A stretch of 64,000 nt of DNA from assembly GCF_964204645.1 (NCBI RefSeq), contig NC_134033.1, positions 14,144,655 to 14,208,654 on the forward strand, in the 5' to 3' direction. Source of the DNA: Tubulanus polymorphus (taxonomy: Eukaryota; Animalia; Nemertea). A model generated the notes under the pieces. The model was not told the DNA's origin. It did no database searches and worked only from the letters and a program-made list of their open reading frames with translations. Each line of letters begins with the position of its first letter. The stretch's first letter is position 1. This document shows, piece after piece, positions 13,086 to 24,821 of the stretch. The translations under genes were made by a program, and so were the position numbers.

Positions 13086-14220
13086 TGATTTGGCGGCATT
13101 TCTAAGTGGCATTTCTTTTCACGCTGTAATAAAATGAAGAAGCCAGATTTTCTAAGAATGCAAATGTTTCTCGTCACTGTAAATCATTTAACCACGTATT
13201 TCTTCGCAAACTTTTCACGTATCGAAAATTCTACGATTTTGGTTTCCGAGTCAGAGGAATTCAGGCGTAAGGAGCAATCTACATTTGGCTCGGTAGTCGT
13301 CGAAATTAGAATTCGAACGGCGCTTTCGGGGTTCGAACCTACCGACCACAAATTTTCGATGTATGTTTATGGCCGATTACTTATTTACCAGTCTGAATAC
13401 GACTTAAAGCTTCAAGCTATCTGTTGTCTTGCTGCCGCTAGAAATCGCTCCCGAAAAGCTTCCCCGAGCAACAGGAAAACGTGGCACAGGAGAAAAAAAG
13501 AAATGGGGTACCCGCAGTGCTACTGGGCAATCGAGGATTCCGCGTATGGCAGGCGAGGATCCGCCAGGTTCGCTAGTAGATCGATTTCTACTAGCGTTCG
13601 ATTTCTACTACATTACAATGAAATCTGAATGAAATTTTCTCTTAAATGAATCTATTATTCATATACCTACACCGATATCTGAGTAGAAGAATGAAGGTAT
13701 TGTATATTTGGTGGGTGCTATGATAATGTATGGAGTGGGGGTCAAAATATCCAGTTCAAAAATTCGAGACGGGGCGACCTACTGCTCTTCACGCCATCTG
13801 GTTTTGCGGGTACCCCATTACCGGCTGGAAACTGCTTGTGAAGCCGGTTCGAGTGCGCTTTTTGTCTGTAAAGAATATAGTTGCTGGGTTTCAACCACTT
13901 AGACCTTTAAAGCAAATTCATCTGTAAAATATTTACTTCAGAGCAGCGTATATTTATTAACCATCAGAAGGCGCAGAATGTAACATAAAACGCTCATATT
14001 CACGCGTACATTTGGAACGCTGTATAACCGCTTTACAAACAATCTGTAACGATACGAAAATAAAGTGTATATAATAACAAATTGCATCGAACCTGGTGTG
14101 CCACACACACAATAAGACGTATATATATCACATTTTTCGATGTTCACATTTCATTTCTTATTGAAATGCGATATTCAGGTAAGTGTAAAATTAAACAATA
14201 AGTTTTGGACTTACTGGCTG

Positions 14221-17200
14221 CTACACATTTTGGGCCTGCGCTTTCGATTTTCTGGTCACCGGGCCCTATAAAAAAAGCGGAATAAATAAATACCTATACA
14301 CATATTTTGAAAAAATTAAATATTATTACTGAATTGAAATTCAGCCTCGTTTTCCTCCCTTCCACTTCTTTACCGCTTGGATCGTTTTTTCTTGTTTTCT
14401 ACCTTGTGGTCTCTTGTTGTTAGCGTTCTTGCGAATAAGTTGTGGCGAAATTGGCTGAAAATCTATGATGATATTCTTTTTTCCTTTCACTCTTGTGTTT
14501 TTCTTGTTATTTGCTAGAGGAGCGTTCTGAATTCAGGAAATAAACGAAATCAGACACACGATTATCTCTCCAAATCCCCTCCTATCCCTCTGAACCATAC
14601 CCTGGTATTCTGGTTCTTTCCTCGTTTGCTATTTTTGTTAGCATTCTTTATACATGTACATGGTAGTTTGTTCACGAATCTTGACAATATCAACTTCATT
14701 CTAATGATTTTCTTATTTTTACCCACGAAACCATCCGCGAGACAGTGATATCATGAATTTGGCACTTTGACAGTTAATTAAGCTTTTCCCCTTTTCTTTC
14801 CCTTCCCTCTCCCTCTCTCATTTTCTGTCTATATTCTCCTCTTACCTGGATCGTATTCTTTTGTTTCTTTCCTTGTTTCTTAATATTGTTAGCTTTATTG
14901 ATGGTTTGTTGCCGAATCTTCTCTCCACCATTTTTCTTATTATTTCCATTGCCAATAATTCCATTACCATATATCCACTTCACTCCACCGCCATTTTTCT
15001 TATTATTTCCATTGCCATATATCCACTTCACTCCACCAACATTTTGCTTATTATTTCCATTGCCATTATTTCCACCATATATCCACTTCACTCCACCAAC
15101 ATTCGTCTTATTTTTTCCATTGCCATTATTTCCATTACCATATATCCACTTCACTCCACCAACATTTTGCTTATTATTTCCATTGCCATTATTTCCATTG
15201 CCATATATCCACTTCACTCCACCGCCATTTTTCTTACTATTTGCATTGCCAATAATTCCATTACCATATATCCACTTCACTCCACCAACATTTGTCTTAT
15301 TTTTTCCATTGCCATTATTTCCATTACCATATATCCACTTCACTCCACCGCCATTTTGCTTATTATTTCCATTGCCATTATTTCCATTGCCATATATCCA
15401 CTTCACTCCACCGCCATTTTTCTTACTATTTGCATTGCCAATAATTCCATTACCATGTATCCACTTCACTCCACCAACATTTGTCTTATTTTTTCCATTG
15501 CCAATAATTCCATTACCATATATCCACTTCACTCCACCGCCATTTTTCTTATTATTTCCATTGCCATATATCCACTTCACTCCACCAACATTTTGCTTAT
15601 TATTTCCATTGCCATTATTTCCACCATATATCCACTTCACTCCACCAACATTCGTCTTATTTTTTCCATTGCCATTATTTCCATTACCATATATCCACTT
15701 CACTCCACCGCCATTTTTCTTACTATTTGCATTGCCAATAATTCCATTACCATATATCCACTTCACTCCACCAACATTTGTCTTATTTTTTCCATTGCCA
15801 TTATTTCCATTACCATATATCCACTTCACTCCACCGCCATTTTGCTTATTATTTCCATTGCCATTATTTCCATTGCCATATATCCACTTCACTCCACCGC
15901 CATTTTTCTTACTATTTGCATTGCCAATAATTCCATTACCATATATCCACTTCACTCCACCAACATTTGTCTTATTTTTTCCATTGCCATTATTTCCATT
16001 ACCATATATCCACTTCACTCCACCGCCATTTTGCTTATTATTTCCATTGCCATATATCCACTTCACTCCACCGCCATTTTTCTTACTATTTGCATTGCCA
16101 ATAATTCCATTACCATGTATCCACTTCACTCCACCAACATTTGTCTTATTTTTTCCATTGCCAATAATTCCATTGCCATATATCCACTTCACTCCACCAA
16201 CGTTTTTCTTACTATTTCCATTGACATTATTTCCATTGCCATATATCCACTTCACTCCACCGCCATTTTGCTTATTATTTCCATTGCCATTATTTCCATT
16301 GCCATATATCCACTTCACTCCACCAACATTTTTCTTATTATTTCCATTGCCATATATCCACTTCACTCCACCGCCATTTTGCTTATTATTTCCATTGCCA
16401 TTATTTCCATTGCCATATATCCACTTCACTCCACCAACATATGTCTTATTTTTTCCATTGCCATTATTTCCATTACCATATATCCACTTCACTCCACCAA
16501 CGTTTTTCTTACTATTTCCATTGCCATTATTTCCATTGCCATATATCCACTTCACTCCACCGCCATTTTTCTTATTATTTACATTGCCAATAATTCCATT
16601 GCCATATATCCACTTCACTCCACCAACATTTTTCTTACTATTTCCATTGACATTATTTCCATTGCCATATATCCACTTCACTCCACCAACATTTGTCTTA
16701 TTTTTTCCATTGCCATTATTTCCATTACCATATATCCACTTCACTCCACCAACGTTTTTCTTACTATTTCCATTGACATTATTTCCATTGCCATATATCC
16801 ACTTCACTCCACCAACATTTGTCTTATTTTTTCCATTGCCATTATTTCCATTACCATATATCCACTTCACTCCACCAACGTTTTTCTTACTATTTCCATT
16901 GACATTATTTCCATTGCCATATATCCACTTCACTCCACCAACGTTTTTCTTACTATTTCCATTGACATTATTTCCATTGCCATATATCCACTTCACTCCA
17001 CCGCCATTTTGCTTATTATTTCCATTGCCATTATTTCCATTGCCATATATCCACTTCACTCCACCAACATTTTTCTTATTATTTCCATTGCCATTATTTC
17101 CATTGCCATATATCCACTTCACTCCACCGCCATTTTGCGTATTATTTCCATTGCCATTATTTCCATTGCCATATATCCACTTCACTCCACCGCCATTTTT

Positions 17201-20200
17201 CTTACTATTTGCATTGCCAATAATTCCATTACCATATATCCACTTCACTCCACCAACATATGTCTTATTTTTTCCATTGCCATTATTTCCATTACCATAT
17301 ATCCACTTCACTCCACCGCCATTTTTCTTATTATTTACATTGCCAATAATTCCATTGCCATATACCCACTTCACTCCACCAACGTTTTTCTTACTATTTC
17401 CATTAACATTATTTCCATTGCCATATATCCACTTCACTCCACCAACATTTGTCTTATTTTTTCCATTGCCATTATTTCCATTACCATATATCCACTTCAC
17501 TCCACCAACATTTTTCTTATTTTTTCCATTGCTATTATTACTATTACCATATATCCACTTCACTCCACCGCCATTTTTCTTATTATTTCCATTGCCATTA
17601 TTTCCATTGCCATATATCCACTTCACTCCACCGCCATTTTTCTTATTATTTCCATTGCCATATATCCACTTCACTCCACCAACGTTTGTCTTATTTTTTC
17701 CATTGCCATTATTTCCATTACCATATATCCACTTCACTCCACCGACATTTTGCTTATTAATTACATTGCCATTATTTCCATTGCCATATATCCACTTCAC
17801 TCCACCGCCATTTTTCTTATTATTACCATTGCCATTATTTCCATTGACAGATATCCTCTTCACTCCACCTTTCTTCTTCGTATTCTTTCCATTGACATAT
17901 ATCCTCTTTACCCCACCTTTCTTCTTATTCGTTCCAGTGACATATATCCTCTTTACTCCACCCTTCTTCTTATTCTTTCCATTGACAGATATCCTCTTTA
18001 CTCCACCTTTCTTCTTCTTATTCTTTCCATTGACATATATCCTCTTTACTCCACCTTTCTTCTTATTCTTTCCATTGACATATATCCTCTTTACTCCACC
18101 TTTCTTCTTCTTATTCTTTCCATTGCCATTTATCCTCTTCACTCCACCCTTCTTCTTATTCTTTCCATTGACATATATCCTGTTCACTCCACCCTTCTTC
18201 TTATTCTTTCCATTGACATATATCCTCTTCACTCCACCTTTCTTCTTATTCTTTCCATCGACATATATCCTCTTCACTCCACCTTTCTTCTTCTTATTAT
18301 TTCCATTGACAGATATTCTCTTCACTCCACCTTTCTTCTTATTCTTTCCATTGACATATATCCTCTTTACTCCACCTTTCTTCTTCCTATTCTTTCCATT
18401 GACAGATATCCTCTTCACTCCACCTTTTTTCTTATTCTTTCCGTTGCCATTTATCCTCTTTACTCCACCTTTCTTCTTCTTATTCTTTCCATTGACATAT
18501 ATCCTCTTTACTCCACCCGTCTTCTTATTCTTTCCATTGACAGATATCCTCTTTACTCCACCTTTCTTCTTCTTATTCTTTCCATTGACATTTATCCTCT
18601 TTACTCCGCCTTTCTTCTTATTCTTTCCATTGACATATATCCTCTTTACTCCACCTTTCTTCTTCTTATTCTTTCCATTGCCATTTATCCTCTTCACTCC
18701 ACCTTTCTTCTTCTTATTCTTTCCATTGCCATTTATCCTCTTCACTCCACCCTTCTTCTTATTCTTTCCATTGACATATATCCTCTTTACTCCACCTTTC
18801 TTCTTATTCTTTCCATTGACATATATCCTCTTCACTCCACCTTTCTTCTTATTCTTTCCATTGACAGATATCCTCTTTACTCCACCTTTCTTCTTCTTAT
18901 TCTTTCCATTGCCATATATCCTCTTTACTCCGCCTTTCTTCTTATTCTTTCCATTGCCATATATCCTCTTCACTCCACCTTTCTTCTTATTCTTTCCATT
19001 GCCATATATCCTCTTTACTCCGCCTTTCTTCTTATTCTTTCCATTGCCATATATCCTCTTCACTCCACCCTTCTTCTTATTCTTTCCATTGACATCTATC
19101 CTCTTCACTCCACCCTTCTTCTTATTCTTTCCATTGACAGAGATCCTCTTCACTCCACCTTTCTTCTTCTTATTCTTTCCATTGACATATATCCTCTTCA
19201 CTCCACCTTTCTTCTTCTTATTCTTTCCATTGCCATTTATCCTCTTCACTCCACCTTTGTTCTTCTTATTCTTTCCGTTGACATATATCCTCTTTACTCC
19301 ACCTTTCTTCTTATTCTTTCCATTGACATATATCCTCTTTACTCCACCTTTCTTCTTATTCTTTCCATTGCCATATATCCTCTTCACTCCACCTTTCTTC
19401 TTCTTATTCTTTCCATTGCCATTTATCCTCATTACTCCACCTTTCTTCTTCTTATTCTTTCCATTGACAGATATCCTCTTTACTCCACCTTTCTTCGTCT
19501 TATTCTTTCCATTGACAGATATCCTGTTTACTCCACCTTTCTTCTTATTCTTTCCATTGCCATATATCCTCTTCACTCCACCTTTCTTCTTCTTATTCTT
19601 TCCATTGCCATTTATCCTCTTCACTCCACCTTTCTTCTTATTCTTTCCATTGACATATATCCTCTTTACTCCGACTTTCTTCTTATTCTTTCCATTGCCA
19701 TATATCCTCTTCACTCCACCTTTCTTCTTATTCTTTCCATTGACATATATCCTCTTTACTCCACCTTTCTTCTTATTCTTTCCATAGCCATTTATCCTCT
19801 TCACTCCACCTTTCTTCTTATTCTTTCCATTGACATATATCCTCTTTACTCCACCTTTCTTCTTATTCTTTCCATTGCCATATATCCTCTTCACTCCACC
19901 TTTCTTCTTCTTATTCTTTCCATTGCCATTTATCCTCATTACTCCACCTTTCTTCTTCTTATTCTTTCCATTGACAGATATCCTCTTTACTCCACCTTTC
20001 TTCGTCTTATTCTTTCCATTGACAGATATCCTCTTTACTCCACCTTTCTTCTTATTCTTTCCATTGCCATATATCCTCTTCACTCCACCTTTCTTCTTCT
20101 TATTCTTTCCATTGCCATATATCCTCTTCACTCCACCTTTCTTCTTCTTATTCTTTCCATTGACATATATCCTCTTTACTCCACCTTTCTTCTTATTATT

Positions 20201-23200
20201 TCCATTGACAGATATCCTCTTTACTCCACCCGTCTTCTTATTCTTTCCGTTGCCATTTATCCTCTTCACTCCACCTTTCTTCTTCTTATTCTTTCCATTG
20301 CCATTTATCCTCTTCACTCCACCTTTCTTCTTCTTATTCTTTCCATTGCCATTTATCCTCTTCACTCCACCTTTCTTCTTCTTATTCTTTCCATTGCCAT
20401 TTATCCTCTTCACTCCACCTTTCTTCTTCTTATTCTTTCCATTGCCATTTATCCTCTTCACTCCACCTTTCTTCTTCTTATTCTTTCCATTGCCATTTAT
20501 CCTCTTCACTCCACCTTTCTTCTTCTTATTCTTTCCATTGCCATTTATCCTCTTCACTCCACCTTTCTTCTTCTTATTCTTTCCATTGCCATTTATCCTC
20601 TTCACTCCACCTTTCTTCTTCTTATTCTTTCCATTGCCATTTATCCTCTTCACTCCACCTTTCTTCTTCTTATTCTTTCCATTGCCATTTATCCTCTTTA
20701 CTCCACCTTTCTTCTTATTCTTTCCATTGCCATATATCCTCTTCACTCCACCTTTCTTCTTCTTATTCTTTCCATTGCCATTTATCCTCTTCACTCCACC
20801 TTTCTTCTTATTCTTTCCATTGCCATTTATCCTCTTTACTCCACCTTTCTTCTTCTTATTCTTTCCATTGCCATTTATCCTCTTTACTCCACCTTTCTTC
20901 TTCTTATTCTTTCCATTGACATATATCCTCTTCACTCCACCTTTCTTCTTATTCTTTCCATTGACAGAGATCCTCTTCACTCCACCTTTCTTCTTCTTAT
21001 TCTTTCCATTGCCATTTATCCTCTTCACTCCACCTTTCTTCTTCTTATTCTTTCCATTGCCATTTATCCTCTTCACTCCACCTTTCTTCTTCTTGTTCTT
21101 TCCATTGCCATATATCCTCTTTACTCCACCTTTCTTCTTATTCTTTCCATTGACATATATCCTTTTTACTCCACCTTTCTTCTTATTCTTTCCATTGCCA
21201 TTTATTCTCTTCACTCCACCTTTCTTCTTCTTATTCTTTCCATTGACAGATATCCTCTTTACTCCACCTTTCTTCTTATTATTCTTTCCATTGACAGATA
21301 TCCTCTTTACTCCACCTTTCTTCTTATTATTCTTTCCATTGACAGATATCCTCTTCACTCCACCTTTCTTCTTCTTATTCTTTCCGTTGCCATTTATCCT
21401 CATTACTCCACCTTTCTTCTTCTTATTCTTTCCATTGACAGATATCCTCTTTACTCCACCTTTCTTCTTATTATTTCCATTGACAGATATCCTCTTAACT
21501 CCACCCTTCTTCTTCTTATTCTTTCCATTGATATATATCCTCTTTACTCCACCTTTCTTCTTATTCTTTCCATTGACATATATCCTCTTCACTCCACCCT
21601 TCTTCTTATTCTTTCCATTGCCATATATCCTCTTTACTCCACCTTTCGTCTTATTATTTCCATTGCCATATATCCACTTCACTCCACCCTTCTTATTATT
21701 TCCATTGCCATATATCGACTTCACTCCTCCGCCATTTTTCTTATTCTTTCCATTGCCATATATCGACTTCACTCCTCCGCCATTTTTCTTGTTATTTCCA
21801 TTGCCATATATCCACTTTATCCCGCCCTTCTTATCATTTCCTTTGCCATATATCGACTTCACTCCACCATTCTTATTCTTTCCATTGCCATATATCGACT
21901 TCACTCCACCCTTCTTATTATTTCCATTGCCATATATCCACTTCACTCCACCCTTCTTATTCTTTCCATTGCCATATATCCACTTCACTCTACCCTTCTT
22001 ATTATTTCCATTGCCATATATCCACTTCACTCCTCCGCCATTTTTCTTATTCTTTCCATTGCCATATATCCACTTCACTCCACCCTTCTTATTCTTTCCA
22101 TTGCCATATATCCACTTTACTCCGCCCTTCTTATTATTTCCATTGCCATATATCCACTTCACTCCACCCTTCTTATTCTTTCCATTGCCATATATCCACT
22201 TCACTCTACCCTTCTTATTATTTCCATTGCCATATATCCACTTCACTCCTCCGCCATTTTTCTTATTCTTTCCATTGCCATATATCCACTTCACTCCACC
22301 CTTCTTATTCTTTCCATTGCCATATATCCACTTTACTCCGCCCTTCTTATTATTTCCATTGCCATATATCCACTTCACTCCTCCGCCATTTTTCTTATCA
22401 TTTCCTTTGCCATATATCCACTTCACTCCACCCTTCTTATTATTTCCATTGCCATATATCCACTTCACTCCACCCTTCTTATTATTTCCATTGCCATATA
22501 TCCACTTCACTCCACCCTTCTTATTCTTTCCATTGCCATATATCCACTTCACTTCACCCTTCCTATTCTTTCCATTGCCATATATCCACTTCACTCCACC
22601 ACCGTTTTTCTTGTTGTTTCCCACAAGAACATGCTGGAGACAGAGAAATAACAATTTCAGAACTTCATCAATAATGTCGGCTTTCCCCATGTTCCTCCTC
22701 TTCCTTCTCCCTGCCCTTCTCACTACATTCCTTAACCTCTATTTTTTTTCTTCTTACCGTCTTGTACGTATTCTTATTGATTGTTTGTCGCTGAATCTTC
22801 ACATTCTTCCCCTTCGCGCTACAATTTTTCGTTATCTTCCCTACAGCAACTTCCTGGAGAAACAATGATTCAATTACTTGAAAATAATAGTAACTATTCT
22901 TATCGTAACATTATCATCACTCATTGCTTTATACTCATTTATTCCTCAACTTTCATTTGAAATTGTGCGGAAATTTTTGAAACATTGTATTTTGTGCATT
23001 AAGATTATTTTTATATCATATAGATTGATTAAACTGTCGCATCATTTTATTAAGTAAAAACGACCCGAAACGTTAGAGCTATATGTACCAGCTTCAGACG
23101 AACGAACCCACCGGGCGATCTAAATTGAGACAAGGATTTCCGTTCCACATTTAGGGCGCGATTTTTCTTATCAATTTCACCTGCAAAATGAAGGAGATCA

Positions 23201-24821
23201 TCTCATCTTGGTAAGAGGCAAATCTTTCCATTCCCACCCCCGCTGCACTGGACTCGAAACTGTAAAGGCGGGAACATAGATTAGAGGCATGAGTTTAATC
23301 ATGATGCATTGTTTGAAATAAATAAAGTCGCAACAAGAAAGCAAGTTTCCTAAAAGGTAGAATAGCTATACTCTGACGTGAAGAACAGATGATGATTTCA
23401 AAACTTACCGCATACAGAAATTAATAGATTAAAAACGAATTCTATCATTCAAGAATTAAATTCAAAAGACACGACGTTTCATACTCTCACTAGAGATCAA
23501 CGTCATCTGAAAATAATAATTATAGAATTCGTTTTAAATCTTTTGAGTTCTGTATATAGTGGGTTTTAAACTTATTAAGTTGTATAAACAAGAATACTAA
23601 CTTGCAAGTTTATTGACACATTGAAAAACAACACACATGTATTTATATTGTCGACAATGAATATGTTATTATGAATGATATACACATGTGGTATATGTCA
23701 AGGATCAACGGAATTCTTTGTGAATTTGCATATATCGACGATTGAATTGAACTGACTGGGACCAGTCTAGCGCCAGTAATGAACGAACGAACGAACGAAC
23801 GAACGAACGAACGAACGAACGAACGAACGAACGAACGAACGAACGAACGAACGAACGAACGAACGAACGAACGAACGAACGAACGAACGAAGAAATGTAA
23901 TAAAAAAAACACGCTCACAGTCAACCCTCAACACAAAGAATGGGGACATAATAAACTATGATAACTGTTTGATTAAGAGCTACCTATGTAATCATCTAAT
24001 AAGCCAGTTGTTTTCTCTGTAATTCTTCAATCATCAAGTGCATACTTTTAATGTAACTATAATTTCAGTTTGAATTAGAGGATACCTGTATAATGTAATC
24101 ATTCAGTAAGCATAAGTTGTTTACTGTTATTCCTCAGAAACAGTTTTGAATTTTCCAGATTTATCAGATTGTCACTGATGTTATGCCAAAGTAAAGGGCC
24201 GGATATTTTCACTGAAAATTTTCTTTTTAGGCTATTGTCAGAAACTGTGTGTAAATCTTGACGTCGCCGAGTATCGTGACTGTGTGGATTTGAAAATTTT
24301 GGCTTCAATGATTTTCGAATGATTCCGCTAATTCAGAGTTGACGAATTTGTAAATAAAAGTACCTCGTTAAACTAAAACTCCATGCCAGAAAATGCTTTA
24401 CCCATTTCTTCGGGGGGTTATTTGAAGTGAATATCAGTGGAATATATTCAACGCGATCTTTGTGACTGTCAAAATGTATCAAAATGACGACGTAAGCGAA
24501 TCAACACGCATTAATTACAGAAATCGGCACCGCACGTGTTTTTATTATCACCAATTGAAAATAACGACATTGTGAAAAATGACTCTATTCAAATAATTGA
24601 GCGTGGGAGGAATATCAGTTGTTGATGGTCAATATTGTGGGTTTTCAATACGTTCAAAGCGCGCTGATAGTATTGAGATCTGGTCGGATATAGCTCGGAA
24701 AGGGTTAACGTATCTTACCTAGAGCGCGTTTATCTCGATCTTTCTCGTGTTCATCCCTTGAGTTGACAACGGCTGCCAACAACAACACAGTCGCCGCGCC
24801 AATGAAAACTAAACTCCGCAT
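14221..24821 (-). CDS. Gene A: secreted giant Gly/Lys/Asn-rich repeat protein, ~2758 aa; complement(join(14221..14265,14374..14526,14846..22633,22758..22853,23089..23180,24719..24821))
   Basis: Signal peptide MRSLVFIGAATVLLLAAVVNS plus propeptide ending RDKR. All introns are GT-AG with compatible phases. Flanking exons are homologous to gene B exons. The 7788-nt exon is stop-free and its variation is largely synonymous in this frame. Confidence 0.8.
14601..14735 (-). pseudogene. Probable dead duplicate exon of gene A
   Basis: Homologous to the ends of the giant exon (ctgtctcgcg|GATGGTTTCGTGGGTAAAAAT vs ctgtctccag|CATGTTCTTGTGGGAAACAAC). The acceptor AG is replaced by CG, the KIREQT motif is out of frame, and the donor is retained. 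Confidence 0.55.
14925..22605 (-). repeat. Coding tandem array of roughly 150 units in three blocks: GGVKWIYGNG(K/N)NKK; GGVKRI(Y/S/N)(V/G)NGKNKKK(K); GGVKWIYGNGNNGNGxNKxN(G/V)
   Basis: Units of 42-63 bp, all multiples of 3; block boundaries near 21665 and 17845. Confidence 0.95.
23469..23508 (-). ncRNA. Decayed copy of the hammerhead/Penelope-end motif seen at 6005
   Basis: Reverse complement ATGACGTTGATCTCTAGTGAGAGTATGAAACGTCGTGT shares TGATCTC..GAGA..GAAACGTCGTGT. Confidence 0.4.
23781..23890 (+). repeat. (GAAC)n microsatellite
   Basis: About 27 perfect tetramers. Confidence 0.98.
24095..24360 (-). mobile_element. Non-LTR retrotransposon (CR1/L2-like) ORF2 C-terminal relic
   Basis: Translation HSHDTRRRQDLH..KFSVKISGPLLWHNI resembles the HxYxTR...S...GPxxWN tail typical of these clades. 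Confidence 0.55.

Noticed and set aside
14925-22605. CRISPR-like repeat-spacer appearance
   Set aside because: No unique spacers, no cas genes, eukaryotic context.
14925-22605. Polyprotein of amidated neuropeptides (..WIY-amide)
   Set aside because: The Gly after WIY is almost always followed by Asn rather than a basic cleavage site, so amidation is not predicted.
14774-22723. The 2649-aa ORF as a stand-alone single-exon gene
   Set aside because: Both ends are intronic read-through; splice sites at 22633 and 14846 join it to a signal-peptide exon chain.
14861-22868. Giant hydrophobic plus-strand ORFs (2596, 1633 and 1012 aa)
   Set aside because: Antisense shadows of the gene A repeat. They have no supporting exon structure, one frame has a stop, and variation in the other is mostly non-synonymous.
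23643-23961. FVRS/ERTN repeat ORFs
   Set aside because: Translations of the (GAAC)n microsatellite.
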